42,614 nucleotides of DNA, taken from contig JAUCBJ010003097.1 of assembly GCA_032718475.1 (NCBI GenBank), positions 1 to 42,614 of the forward strand. The letters are read 5' to 3'. Source of the stretch: Nemertoderma westbladi (lineage: Eukaryota; Animalia; Xenacoelomorpha). The position numbers and the translations under genes were made by a program. Positions 1 through 12,700 of this stretch are shown here, one piece after another (position 1 is the first letter of the stretch; each line of letters starts with the position of its first letter). The notes beneath the pieces are model-generated. The model was not told the DNA's origin. It did no database searches and was given only the letters and a program-made list of their open reading frames with translations.

Positions 1-3000
1 TTTAGAATAATTGAATTTCTGTATTTTAGGGTTACTTGGTTACTTACTTACTTTATTACCGTTATTTGAGCAGTAGTCCAACTGATATTGAGACCTAATT
101 GTTATATGGTAGGCCTACTATTTATAAATCGTCAGATTTGATTTATAATATATATACCCGTCTTAATGGGTTTTGTCAATGTTTGAAATAAATGTTATTA
201 TTTCTGGGGTAATCACTACACAAAGCGGTGCGCTTTTAGTGAAGTGTTACGTATAGGACACCAAAACAAATAATTCTAATTTACCTAAGTTACTTAATAC
301 TACAAATTACGTACAATTCGGGTGAGATTACAATCTCTAAATAAACACAAAAATTTACAAAACACAAATACGAATTTTTAGGGTAATTTTACAAGAAGTC
401 TACAAACCAGCCTAACAAAGGGTTAGAAAACCGGTTATTACAACGGACAGGGTACTACGGTATTTGAAATAATAAGTAGTAGTAAATACACTGCGTTGTC
501 CAGATAGGAAAATACCACCGCCTGACGACCTATAGCCGTATCGCTATAGGTTCTACGTTATGTATCACGGAGTGTTCCTACCTAGAAGTTAATAGAGCTA
601 ATCGAATGTGCCTATCAACCACTTTACAACACAAATATAATGTCTACACTAATTATTCTCGGAAAGCACTGTACACTAAACCCTAAATTAGGTACGAGTA
701 CTTGTACAACAAATAATCAGTAGTTAAATATACTTGAACAGCTAAAAGAACCACGGCATCTGCTGGAGTGACCGATGCACAAAATCACCAGTCTTTACCT
801 ACGCCGAGCAGCCCGTGTAGTACCGGGGTTAATTTAACTATAGCGGTATGTATAACAAACACAATTACTGTAGGAACAAACTTGGGGACTTGAATGTTGC
901 GAATAATCGCATAAACTCTGAATAATAAATATTACGCTACGCGTACAAACTACTCAAACAAAATACAGACCGAACACTGACAGACTACTATCAAGCCTAA
1001 ACAAACCACGGTATATGCAGACTCCGAAATGATTAGGGAGTATGCGCTCTAACCCAGTAGTGCGACTTATTCTTTAGTTGGGGGTTTACCTTACAGCGTT
1101 CGCTGCCCCTACTGCCTAATCGTACTTAATCGGACAGATGATCTACACACGCGGCAATCCGTTCAGACTTAATAACAGCCAGACAACTATCCAGCCTACA
1201 AATTATCTAAATAAAATTATACGCTACCCGTACAGACTTACACAAACAAAGTACAGACTAAACGATGGCAGACTACTCTCAAGCCTAAATAAACCACAGG
1301 ACATGCAGACTCCGAAATGATTAGGGAGTATGCGCTCTAACCCAGTAGTGCGACTTATTCTTTAGTTGGGGGTTTACCTTACCGCATTGGCTGCCCCTAC
1401 TTCCTAACCGTACTTAATCGGACAAGTGCTCTACACACACTGCAATTCGTTCGGACTTAACAGCAATCAGACAACAGCTCAGCCTACAAATCGTCTGTAC
1501 AATCTGATCAGGCTTACACGCCTTCTGTTCAATACTGGCCTACAAATAAATAAAACTTGACAGAAATAAGTAAAATCTCAATAAAAAATCAGGGCGGCCG
1601 TTCCCTGATTAAGTACTAAGACCTACCGGTATACAACTATCAAAATCGAATAATACTGCTGTACCTGTACTGCTGTAGGTACCGGTCCGAGTGGTTAGGT
1701 AGTCAGGCCTACTGGTACCGGTTCTGGCAGTTGGGCCTACTGACCTACAGATGTACCGGTTGACCGGTACTTTCAACTTTATTGCTTACTGCAACAAAGA
1801 AGCTATATCCTTTAATGTTCGCGCTTTCAGACCTTTGGCAGTTTAACCCACCAAATTAAGATGTCTTCTAGATATTAAATCAGTTTTTAGTCTATGACAA
1901 GTATTTGATTCACTACACTAGTCGAAACCAATCCGTGCGCGACCATTCACCCGCTGGAGATTCCCGGGAGATTGGGTTCGACGGTTTAATTTTATTGCTA
2001 TGTAAGCCTAATGTATTATTCGACTGACAGTACTATATAATCTCTGACAATATTATTCACCTTCGGTAATATTAACAGTTCCTTTAGGACGTGGCGCTTT
2101 ATCTATATAAACAGAGTTATGACTTAAACTACTCACAACGATATGGCTTAATTATAATTCACATATATGGCGCATTCTTTAGGAATTGCTTCTTTAACAG
2201 ACTCACTCATACACAATGCTGCACAATACTGCACACTAATCTGCCAATCTTCACTGATTTTAGTCACATATAAAAGGAACACAGACTGAATCATGTAGGG
2301 TCTATCAAATAACATTAGATTCACTTCAAACCACTTTAACATAAGTCACAATCGTTTATCTGTAACCCTTCTCTCTTACCTTCGGTATATCAAGAATATT
2401 GGGTTTCGGGGTTATTTATCGTTATTCCAAATATAATAATTCATCAACCATATTATGAAGAACTGACAGTAAATAGCAGTATAAAACAACAACTGAACAC
2501 TGATTGTTATGAGTTTGCAATGTTTCAGCAGTCAGTATGTATGATCAGTTAGCTGTGATTCCATGAGTCAGGTAGTTAAAGGATATATGTCCTTGTAATT
2601 AAACCTACTAGTGTAAGACTAAAAACAGTAAAGCACAAAATACTTCCAAGCCGTTCTTTCTTTGGCTCAGGACTGAATGTAAACACTGCACATAGGCATT
2701 GCGTCATTTCTCGGAAATTTTCTGTACAAGGAGCCACAAAAACGCTCTAATTGGCTGACTGAACTGAGAGACGCCGTAGAACAAAGGAAATCAACACGTA
2801 TGAATGTCAGCTGTTAACCGTAGTCATAGTAACTACTGTTCAAGAGTAGCTATCACCCCCTTTGCGTCACGAATTGCCATAGAATCATAAAATATGCCTT
2901 TCACAGTACACATACGGAGGAAATAGGTCTTAGATCCTCTAAAAACACCGATACAGCAATATTACGGTCTCTTACACTTATTAAATCAACTACAGAGTAT

Positions 3001-3053
3001 TTTAATGTAAAAGATAATAAAAATAACGGGGCAATTCAGCAAAGGCTTTTACA
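1..3053 (-). mobile_element. 5' portion (LTR plus long 5' leader) of a probable LTR retrotransposon, copy A; runs off the left edge of the window
   Basis: The reverse complement matches 35475-~40690 once the Helitron insert is removed. Homology starts exactly at a TGTAAAAGCC terminus (3053), which cuts the RT ORF of the neighbouring LINE. A candidate LTR 3' end ...AGGCTTACA at 2001 (imperfect inverted repeat of the start) would give an LTR of about 1.05 kb. No canonical TGG primer-binding site was recognised, so the LTR class is an inference. Confidence 0.75.
981..1496. repeat. Two-unit direct repeat (~230 bp homology, 288-bp period) in the retroelement leader; counterpart at ~39190-39706
   Basis: ACTCCGAAATGATTAGGGAGTATGCGCTCTAACCCAGTAGTGCGACTTATTC occurs at 1021 and at 1309. 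Confidence 0.95.
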
Positions 3054-5120
3054 AGCGCAGAGCGCTGGACCTGGTCATATTGCTCCAAGAATAGTGGGAA
3101 GTCGAAGCACGGGGCAGAGCGGAGAAAGTAAATGAGGCGGGGGATGGTGAAGGTGTTCTTTAGGAGAAAGAAGGCATGGTGACTGTCTAAAAGAGACAGG
3201 TGGCCGCTCAGGGTTTGCAGGTTGGCCACCTTGGACTCCAGACAGCATTCCAAGGCTGAATTACCTATCGGCGCACCCAGCATGGTGAGGTTTGTTAGGT
3301 CCGGGACTAAAATTCCCTCACATATGGCATTGAATTCGCCATGGATGTGGCCGCGCTCTTCTGTGGATGGATCCCCAAGGAAAAACAGCTCGCACTTCCT
3401 TGTGTTTAATGTGAGCCCGCACTTCTTCCCCTCCACTATGATTGTCCGAAGGTCACGGAGGACAACCTCGTAACTGTCCGCCACATTACCATCGTCGAGG
3501 TACCAGATATTGAATTCTGATTCCATGGAGTGGTTTAACTTGTTTGTGGTATCCCCAAAAATGGCAGGGCCTTCGGGATCTCCCTGTTGGGGGCCTTCTT
3601 CGGAGCGAAGCAGTGTCTCTCCATGGATGAGGAAACTGTAATCGCCATAAGCTGCCCTGGTATAGTTGTAGATACTTGGGTAATTGTCGTGGATCGTCTC
3701 GAAGAGGGAGTCCCTGCGGAGGGTGTTAAAAGCATTACTGAAATCAACTTTTAGCCACACTGAACTACTGCCGTGGTCTGTTGAGACAAAAGTCCTGGTG
3801 GCATGAGCCGCTGCTTCACCACCGTTCTTGGTCCCTATTCCAAGCTGGATGGTTCCATACGATGCTGATCGTTGCTCTTTAAGTAATGAACCTATATATT
3901 TGGAGCAGAGACGTCGCAGGGTCATTCCCACGGCGATTGGTCGTATTCCCCCAGAACTCTTTGTAAATTCGAACAGGTTGGCTCCGAAGAATATCGGACA
4001 AATTTCTCCTTGTATTTTTCCGGCGACCACCGTATCTACGAACTTACTAAGAGAAGTGAGTAGCCGTGTCGATGATTCTCCTTTGTTTGGTGCAATTAGG
4101 TCCTTCAGAATTTGTGGTCTTATTCCAACTGGCCCTCCCGCACTGCCACTTGGGAATGAGCCAATTAGCTTGTGGAGTACTTGTGGTGAACAGGGTGTTG
4201 TAGTCTCCTCTACTGGAGGTGGGGGATCTCGTCTATCTGAGGGACTTGATGGATGCTTCGTCCTCAGGGCTTGCAGAGTCTCAGGGTTATTGGGAGCCAT
4301 CGTATCCTTGGATGAAGCAAGACGAATGGCCCGCTTTACATCCCCATCCTCAATCTTCTCAGACACTGCTGTGGCGAGACATATATTATCCCGATCTGGG
4401 CAGCGTCGAGTAGGTCTGCTGTTATTATCCGTGGGAGATGGATGGGCAGAAAGGGGAGCTGGTGCGGAAGGCGGAGATGTTCCTATTCACTTGGGATGCC
4501 AGTGAGCGCTGTTGCCGCTTTCCTCCTCACTTAGGGGCCGCAATGCAGCGGTGGCCTACCACAAGAAGCTTCATCCAGTTTTCAACCGACGATGGGCCTG
4601 AGGCAATGGATGTAAGTGTCTCAGATAGTAGATCTGCAAAGTTGGCTCTGGATGCCTTGGGCACGTGTTTGAGTTGCTTTGAACGCTTTCTAAGCAACAC
4701 TTGTATGATGGATTCTGCGTCCAGATTGATAGAAGTGGTTACAATGGGCTGTGGTGGGCCGTTCTCCCTTGTTTGTGACGGGTTTTGTGGATCTTCGATG
4801 TATTGTTCTCCCAGATTGGCTGATCCTTTATTTGGTCCGTGTTTACCAGAACCCAAGCATCTGCTGGCTGTTGGCCCATGAACCCGAATCGTGCTGTTGA
4901 TATTCAATCTGACACTTTTACCACATATTGGACAGTGACATTGGTTGTTTTGAATTTCCTCATCTTGTGAAAACGCAGAATTTGTGGTTTCGAGCTGCTG
5001 ATGGGGTTGTGGGATGGCGGATGTTCTGGTTATCGACTCCAACTCTTCTAGTAGAGACTCACGATAGAGTTGGATTATGTGGTCGTTTATGTCTCGTGGA
5101 GAACCACGTTCGATACACAT
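3054..5120 (-). pseudogene. CRE-like (RLE-type) non-LTR retrotransposon ORF 1: N-terminal Zn finger plus reverse transcriptase, truncated at 3' by the LTR-like insertion
   Basis: Motifs CPIC-x12-H-x6-C, GSAGGPxGIRPQ, GGIRPIAVGMTLRRL, QLGIG...GGEAAAHA, KVDFSNAFN, QQGDP, WYLDDG, PRLIYFLR. There is an in-frame TGA at 4527-4529 (likely CGA decay) and a frameshift near 4430-4460. The last 16 aa of ORF 3002..4366 are read-through into the inserted element. Confidence 0.9.
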
Positions 5121-5811
5121 CTTTGCAAATCGGCAAATGTTGAGATTTATTAGCAGTAGTGGTATATACTACAGTCCCGCTCCTTATTATTTTATTCAAC
5201 TTAACTAAATCCAGTGAATTTACAAGAAAGTAAAGGCTATGCTAAATTTAACTTTAACAAAAAAAACAATAAAATTTAGTCACACTACTCTCTTACTCTT
5301 ATATTAAATTAAATATTTTTACTGTGGTCAAAGTGTGTTTTGTCAGCTGAAACCATTGGATTGCTTGCTACAGTATAGAACTTGGAGTTAATGGATAGAT
5401 CTCATTGAATAGAACATGTTAAAAAAAAATTTTCAAATTCTGACCAGTATAAAAATTTTGCCGATTATTTTGTGTATTTTTTTAAATGAAAATATTTGTT
5501 CTAGAATTTTTCAAAAAAAGTGAAATATAACGAATTTTAACATTAAAAATTAAAAATTTTTGAATTTTTTTTTTTATTATATCTTTCAAAATATTTTTTT
5601 ATAATTCCTCAATTATGTTATAATAACAATAACAATATATAATGCACTGATATAGTTCATAACCTGCACAGAATATTAATGAAATATGGCCAAAAAGTGG
5701 AGGAAAGACGGAAGACAAAAATAAACAGCTATATTAATTAATAATGTAGATAAACCAGCAAACTGCACAACCTGAAAAAGCAAACTATTCAATACCAGCT
5801 GCAGGAAGTGT

Positions 5812-8600
5812 CTAATTCTCGAGTGTAAATCGAGGTAGTGCAGCTCCATCCATTACACCTGAGCACCGCCAAAGTGACCTGGATGATCTAAAACAGGCAC
5901 AGGTGGCCCTCAGCGTCGCAAATGGCAGTCTGGTTCGGACCCAGCACATTACCTGGGAATAGGGTTTATCCCACTTGATACTGAGGAACTCAGCCAGGCG
6001 GCGGAGGACCATGGAGTGCTCTGTACCCAGAACGCCATCTACTGTGGTAACCAAAGGGGAGAAGTCAGCCTGATGTTGTGCGCAAGCAAGCGTCCAAGTA
6101 TTTATTTTTCTTCTCTCTTTCCGCGCTGCTCAATAGCCACTGCACTGATCTGGTAGCATAAGAGGGGGCGTCAGAGTCAACGACTCGAATATCAAACAAC
6201 GCCCTCCTCTGCTGCTGACAGAATCCCAGTACAGATAAGTCACCTCGCAGTCCTTCCATGTTGTGTTGCTCATCTGCCTCGCGGATGATGGGCTCTCTCT
6301 CTATTGATGCCTCCGAGAAGACCAGGCTAAAGAGCTCACCCTGGGCATCTCGCACCTCATTGTGATGCAATGTTACTAAACCACCCTTCTTGCAATCCAA
6401 GGCGTGCGAGAGTGTGAATGCTGAACCGCAACCATCACAGGGGGGTGCACCCCCTAGAGGACGTCCATAGCGAAGACTGAGACCATCCTTAAACTTATTG
6501 GCTGCCAGATCGAAGTTTTGTAACTTGAGAGGAAGTGCTGTCAGCCAACTCAAAGTCGATGATGAGGCCCTTCCAACTGCTCGTCGACGAGAGGGGGGTA
6601 ATTTGTGATGTTATCGGTGTGATCACATGCCTGCTTGTAGTGGGATTGCCGTGCCTCCTTCACGGAGCATCCATGTTAATGATCCAAGTTAATTTCTGAT
6701 CGACTTTTGATTGCCTCACATGCCACTTGCGATGCGGATCGAGAAGTCTCTCGTGATGTAATTGCTGCCTGAGTCGGATCAGGGATTCCCAAGCCACCTT
6801 TGCCTACTGGTAAGGACAGCAGCTTCCGTTCCACATTGGAAACTGAACCACCCATAATTGCTGGAAGGAACTTGTGATGCAAGGCATTCTCTATTGGTGT
6901 ATACAATTCCTTTGTGCTAGATGGCATCACTCGCTGGAGAAATCCCCATTGAAATTGCAGTGAGTGTGTTATGGCTGAGTAAGCGGCTTGTGGTTGGTTG
7001 ACTGCAATCTCTGCAAGGCGTTCTATGTCAGCCTCCCACTTGGAAACCTTTGAAGATATATACTGATTTAGGAGACTGTTGTCAACAAAGAATCCACCCA
7101 GAGTCCTGGTACCATTCACAACACCACTCCAATCCAAATTGATGCCGAGTCCACTGAATAAATGGCGCGCAGTTGTCTCATCACCACTATCAACGACAAG
7201 GATGCATTTATCAGGCTCTGGGAAATACCCATAGGATGGTCCACGATTTATGAAGCGAATGAACCACTCTTGAAGGTTTATCAATTCGCCCACATTCTCT
7301 GAATCATCTGCAAACCATACCTGATTATATTCGTCAGATTTCAGTTCTAGGATAAGAGGGTAGGCAGCAACAGCATATCCCAGCATTGACAGTGTGTGAC
7401 AGGGTTGACACAACCCTGTGTGAACCCTTCTCTGCTGAGTAAATGGAGAGTTCCGGAAGGCCCATGGGTATCCAGAATTGAGTAACCTCGGTAGGTATTA
7501 AAAAAGAATCGAGCACATCGAGGCCAGAAAATTCGAATATTCCACAGAGCTGTGATTCTATTGATGGAATTGAAAGCATTCTTCGCATCGACTAATAAAA
7601 CTCCCCATCCCTGGACCAGTGTGTTCATCCCAGAGGTCTCTAATGACATGTATAGCCGACTCTATTCCAGCAGACAACCCACTACACAGTTGGTCGACAC
7701 CACAGAGTTCTTGCACATCACCACCTGTTGCATCAGCCGTACACTTCCCCATAACCCGTCTTAGTGATTCCCTGATCCCTATTGAACGTACCACAGGACA
7801 CTTGTTTAACCAATAGAAACCCATTCAACGCTACCATTGGCTAGCCTTCGGATAAGACTAGCTACTGCCTCGCGTAGTCGCTCACTCTGGGCACCTCTGT
7901 AGCGTTTATGGGTCACTGCTTCCACATGAGTTGCAGTAATATCAACTGGCACTATAGTTGGAAGATCTACCATATCATAGCCGAACAGACTATCCAGTTT
8001 CGGTGGTGATGAGTCTGGGTGTTTGCATTGAAGGACATCCAGCACTTGTTTAACTTCCCCCTTGATTTCAATATCGGATAGGGGGTCTAATACTCCTCCC
8101 ACACTTTTCTCAGTAACCCAGCGCACAGCTGCTCGGACTCTGCCTTGGAGCATGAGTTTAGTAAATACTCGCTCTGTATGCTGAGGCTCCAGTTGAGTGG
8201 AGGCTCTTTTAGTTTTGTTTAAACGATGGCAGCGCTTAAATTGACTCATGAGTTCGTCGAATTTTGATTCACGCCACATGTCGATTCTACGCTGCAGTAG
8301 TCGGCGGATATAGGAACCCTTAACTATGGCTTTCTCCCGTTGTAGCATGAGGGACTCAAACACCAAAATGCGCTCGGATGTTGTTACATCTGATGCCAGT
8401 TTTTCCACCTCATTCGACAGAGCTGATACGGGAAGTGTCGGCCAACTGCACCACCAGGGACAATGTATAGTGATGGTACAGTGTTATCCGTAACCTGGCA
8501 CCATCGTTTATGCCACACAGACTCAGCACTTAGGTCTTAGTTGCGGGTCAGTTTAGTGCCAGAAGCTAGACACATTCCATCAATCTGTCTACTGATGGAT
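5812..8600 (-). pseudogene. Second, distinct CRE-like non-LTR retrotransposon (RT, CCHC knuckle and restriction-like endonuclease), multiply frameshifted
   Basis: Fragments lie in the expected order: GRVRAAVRWV; VRSIGIRESLRR..QLCSG..GIESAIH; [10 protein letters not shown]; EGFTQG; QVWFADD; GPSYGYFP; GKGGLGIPDP; CDGC..HALDC; RGD..FDIRV..EREKKNKY; RLAEFLSIKW..RLPFATLRA. They are split over about 7 ORF pieces. Confidence 0.9.
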
Positions 8601-8799
8601 CATCCAATGTTTGTGGATATTGGTGAACCGCACTGCCTGACACTGGGCATGACACCGATCTGACTGCCACTGGGTAGTGATATGGACTGACCATCCCTGA
8701 GTATTGGTATACCAGAATGACCATCAACAGACCGACCGAGGCCTGAGTGATCTGGTATCTGGGTTGGTGCTCCGGATGGACGGTCCCTATATTCACAGA

Positions 8800-9128
8800 A
8801 GCTAGACTGAACAACACCAGACTGATTGGCGCCCGACTGACTGACACCAGTGCCAGAACCGGACTGATTGATGCCAGACTGACTGACACCTGGGCCAGCA
8901 CCTTACTTACTGACACCAGGCTGACCAGTACCAAACTGACTTACCCCAATCTGACCAGTACCGGGCTGATTGATACCAGGCTGTCGATTGCCAGCCTGAC
9001 CAGCACTGGACTGACTGCCCCCAGATTGATCGACACCAGGCTGATCAATGCCGGACTGACTAACCTCAATCTGGCCAACACCAGGCTGACCAACACCGGA
9101 CTGACTTCGTCAATACCAGGCTGACCAG
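8800..9128 (-). repeat. Degenerate 15-bp tandem repeat (GGTGTCAGTCAGCCT-like) at the 5' side of the second CRE-like element
   Basis: ACACCAGGCTGAC/GGACTGAC recurs on the + strand. One minus-strand frame reads G-x-x-Q-[PS] pentapeptides with a single stop. Confidence 0.8.
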
Positions 9129-9229
9129 CAGCATGTGTGCTGTACACTTCTTACTGGTCCGCAATGCCTAATCTCTAAAATCACATACGGATTATTCTCC
9201 ATAGAAATCCATTACATACGCACATACGC

Positions 9230-9942
9230 GGATAGTTCTTTTTACAGAACACAGCAGAACACAGTAGAACACAGCAGAACACAATAGAATACTGGCGGAA
9301 CATAGGCGAACACAGCTGTAATTAAAATCTACACCAAAAAATAACACACTTGGGAAAGTACCGGACTTAATCATACAACTGTAAGATGTCAATTACATAT
9401 TTAAATTAAATGGCGGTTTTCCATATCCTCCAAAATAAATTACCTGATCAGAGTTGCCCGATCAGCTGTTCGGTTAGGCCTGTACCTGTTACTAGTCCAG
9501 CAGTCTGCCTGTCAGCCTGTTCCAGTACTGCCGTAGGCCTAGTGCTGTAGAGATATGTGCAGACTGACAGGCTGTACATTGTACAGACAGACAGATGTAG
9601 GCATTTACCGGCAATTACCGGGCACAGTGTAGATTATATTACCAATGTACTGATGTAGGCCTACTCAGCTACCGGTACTGTACTGCTGTAGAACTAACCA
9701 ACTCTCCATGGTTACAGGATAATGAGAAGTAATTTATTTTGGAGGATATCGAAAACCGCCATTTAATTTAAATATGTAATTGACATCTTACAGTTGTATG
9801 ATTAAATCCGGTAATTTCCCAAGTGTGTTATTTTTTGGTGTAGATTTTAATTACAGCTGGTTTCGCCTATGTTCCGCCTGTATTCTATTGTGTTCTGCTG
9901 TGTTCTACTGTGTTCTGCTGTGTTCTGTAGAAAGATATATCC
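9230..9942. mobile_element. Mutator (MULE)-type MITE, 713 bp, ~215-bp TIRs, 9-bp TSD CACATACGC
   Basis: 9230-9443 is the near-perfect reverse complement of 9729-9942. Termini are GG...CC. CACATACGC lies at 9221-9229 and 9943-9951. Subterminal 10-bp repeats (GAACACAGYA) are present. Long TIRs with a 9-bp TSD are established MULE hallmarks. Confidence 0.9.
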
Positions 9943-10002
9943 CACATACGCGTATGTACAGTACAATGTACATACGGATACGGTGAAAAGTTACACCCAT
10001 GA

Positions 10003-10630
10003 TGACTTTTATAGTGCATAAAAAAATATAATCGATCAGCAGTTAAAATTAACTGCTCCAAATAAATCATTTAATTAATTGTATTACTTTTACTTATTCG
10101 AAAACGATAATGGTCTTAAATGAATTATTAAGATATCATATTATGAGTATCGAAAAAATATATTAATCTTAAATGAATATTACTCATATCAATGGAAGAA
10201 TCAGAACGATATTACATATTGTAACAAATATTAGACTATTCATATGTGTAACATAAAGATAAAACATGTAATAAAAGTGTTTTGAATCCTGTAAAATATG
10301 AAATATAATAACAACACCAAGTGGGGACTTGGCGCAGCACGTGTTATAAAGTTATGTTAAGTGACAACTCGAAGGAAATATAAAGTAAATTATAAGCAGA
10401 TGTCCCTAATCACTTTACCACCTAAAGGCAGACTGGGTAACTGCAGTCGAACATTTCTAAATTTTTTTCTTTTCAGAATTCTAGCGGTAGACCTGAGAAC
10501 TGCCGATGTATTACTGTCCATATATAGACGCAGCCCTTTGTCTATGGTCTAGCATGTATATCTGCCAAGTTTCAGCTTGAACGGATATCAAAAAACGAAA
10601 TGAGAGAAGATATTTACTTTCGGACATTTT
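10003..10630 (-). repeat. Dispersed repeat copy 1: ~450 bp shared with 12002-12470, followed by decayed reverse-orientation units of the 146-bp Helitron repeat
   Basis: Colinear direct match with 12002-12470 (e.g. AACAACACCAAGTGGGGACTT.GCGCAGCACGTG). CTAGCGGTAGAC, CCAAGTTTCAGCT and GAGAAGAT..ACTTTCGGACATTT are reverse complements of motifs in the 36870-38130 unit. Confidence 0.75.
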
Positions 10631-12001
10631 GATGTATTGTATACTGTAGCACATATCTGACGAGATTCAGATACTATTTATAATTGGATTTTCACTGAAA
10701 ATAATTATGTTTCAACTATTTTTAATTTTCGTGTCCATCCAATATAATCATAGGCCTATTTCACTAATAATAATTTAAGATTTTATCACTTTAATTCACT
10801 TTCCACTAACTTTCCATTAAATTATCTCAGCTTTAATTGGGAATGCGTCATTATAGTTCCTTTGGTCATTAGGTCCTATATATTATATTTTGTCACAATT
10901 TTACTTCTTTACAACACAGATTTCTAGCAAAAAATAAACTGTAACATCTGCTATTGACATTCGTTTATTGTTTTGGTTAGAATATCATGTCACAGTAACA
11001 TGTTCCTTTACATAATATCTCAGAACCTAAAGATGTACAGTAGGACTTGGTTTGGTTCCCGGAACGCTATATCGCTTTATCCTACTCCTCCTGTTCTAAC
11101 TAATCATTTCTGGTACGGGACATAATAATGTTCCATCCAGGAACCAATTGTAGGAGGTTTTACTACCCCATGGAACTTATCGCGACAGAATCAAACAGAC
11201 ATCCATAAGACAATTTAAGTAGTACCGGGCCTTACAATATTTAGTGATTAGGTGTGCTGATATTTATTGATATTAAAATAGTGTTTATATTTAGAGGATA
11301 AATAGTTAATTTTAGTTATAAATAGTTAATTTTAGTGATAATGACTATTATTAGTGACAAAGATTGTTTTTGTGATAAAAAAATATATTTGTTGAATTTT
11401 TGTTAGTGATAAATGAAATGTTTAGTGATTGGGAATTATTTTTTGTGATTTTGGCATTAAATTTAGTGAAAATCGCTTTATTTTTATGAAAATTTCATTA
11501 TTTTCTGTGAGTTTTTTTATTTTTCGACTCACAGTGAGTCGAAAAATAGATACCATTTTAAAACCACTAACTGCTCTACTTTCTTTTCTGTCTACCAGTA
11601 AGTACTGCAGTCAATTTGAGAAAATATTGAATTATGATCTTTTCTACAGTACACCTGGTACTGTATATATTTGTACACTGTCTGACTTTTCTAGTATCGT
11701 AGGCATAGGCCTACTGCTGCTGTATTATAATGTAAATGAATAATAATCAATCAGCAGTTAAAATTAACTGCTCCAAATAAACAATCCATTAGAATCAATG
11801 TTACTATTAACTATTTTCTTTGGTGTTAAATGAATTATTAAGATATCATATTCAAAGATAATATATAACCCAGCACAATCCTGGATTCTATAAACCAGGA
11901 TGGTGGAAAAACAGTTCAAATATAAATCACGATTGGCTACGGAGTTAGTTTTCCAAGCGGCGTCAAGAAGATATGTACTAGGTACTGCACTGCTGCAGGA
12001 A

Positions 12002-12700
12002 GACTTTTGTAGTGTATAAATAAATATAATCATTCAGCAGTTAAAATTAACTGCTCCAAACACCTTACTTATTTGTAGTACTTAATCGAAAACTTGTTTG
12101 GTCTTAAATGAATTATTAAGATATCATATTATGAGTATCGAAAAATTAAATTAATCTTAAATAAATATTACTCATATTAATGCAAGAATCAGCACGACTT
12201 TACATATTTTAACAAATATTAGTCTATTCATATGTAACATAAAGATAAAACATATAACAAAAGTGGTTACAATCCTGTAAAATATGAAATATAATACAGT
12301 AACAACACCAAGTGGGGACTTCGCGCAGCACGTGATATAAAATTATGTTAAGTGACAACTCGAAAGAATTATAAAGCAAATTCTAAGCGCATGTTTCCTA
12401 ACCAATTTACCGCCTAGAGGCAGACTGGGGGGTGTGGGGGGGGGGGGGGGGGGGGGTAACAACTGCAGTCGATTTAAGAAGTGTTGTAGCACATATCTGA
12501 CTAAGTTTCAGATTGAACCTATCTTAGATAACGGAATGTGTCAAGGATTTCACTTTCAAACATTTCGCCCTGCAGCGGCAGACTAGAGAACTTCATACAG
12601 ATTAGCCCCATTAGCATGACACAGCTAATGGTCTAGAACTACAGTAATCTGCCACGGGAATTTAATGTTTAGACATGTATCCACCTAGCGGAAGACTGTA
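12002..12700 (-). repeat. Dispersed repeat copy 2 (partial third copy at 11745-11852), with a poly-G tract and decayed reverse 146-bp units
   Basis: Direct match to 10003-10450. ACTTTCAAACATTTCGCCCTGCAGCGGCAGAC (~12552-12583) and CTAGCGGAAGACTG (~12685) match the reverse complement of the Helitron unit. Confidence 0.75.

Noticed and set aside
1138-2342. Short ORFs conserved at 38371-39547
   Set aside because: The conservation reflects the recent duplication of the element; they are 60-64 aa with no recognisable features.
3002-4366. Retron, group II intron, DGR or other prokaryotic RT system
   Set aside because: The motifs and the neighbouring CCHC/RLE-bearing element fit eukaryotic non-LTR retrotransposons. 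No ncRNA, template/variable repeat pair or operon was seen.
5170-5640. Possible Tc1/mariner MITE starting TA|CAGTCCC
   Set aside because: No matching opposite TIR was found; the rest is AT-rich low-complexity sequence.
3222-8934. Plus-strand and alternative-frame ORFs overlapping the CRE-like elements
   Set aside because: They are antisense or out-of-frame shadows of RT coding sequence or of the 15-bp repeat, with no independent motifs.
11240-11743. 104-aa ORF and TTAGTGATA-rich tract
   Set aside because: Degenerate AT-rich simple repeat with no coding signature.
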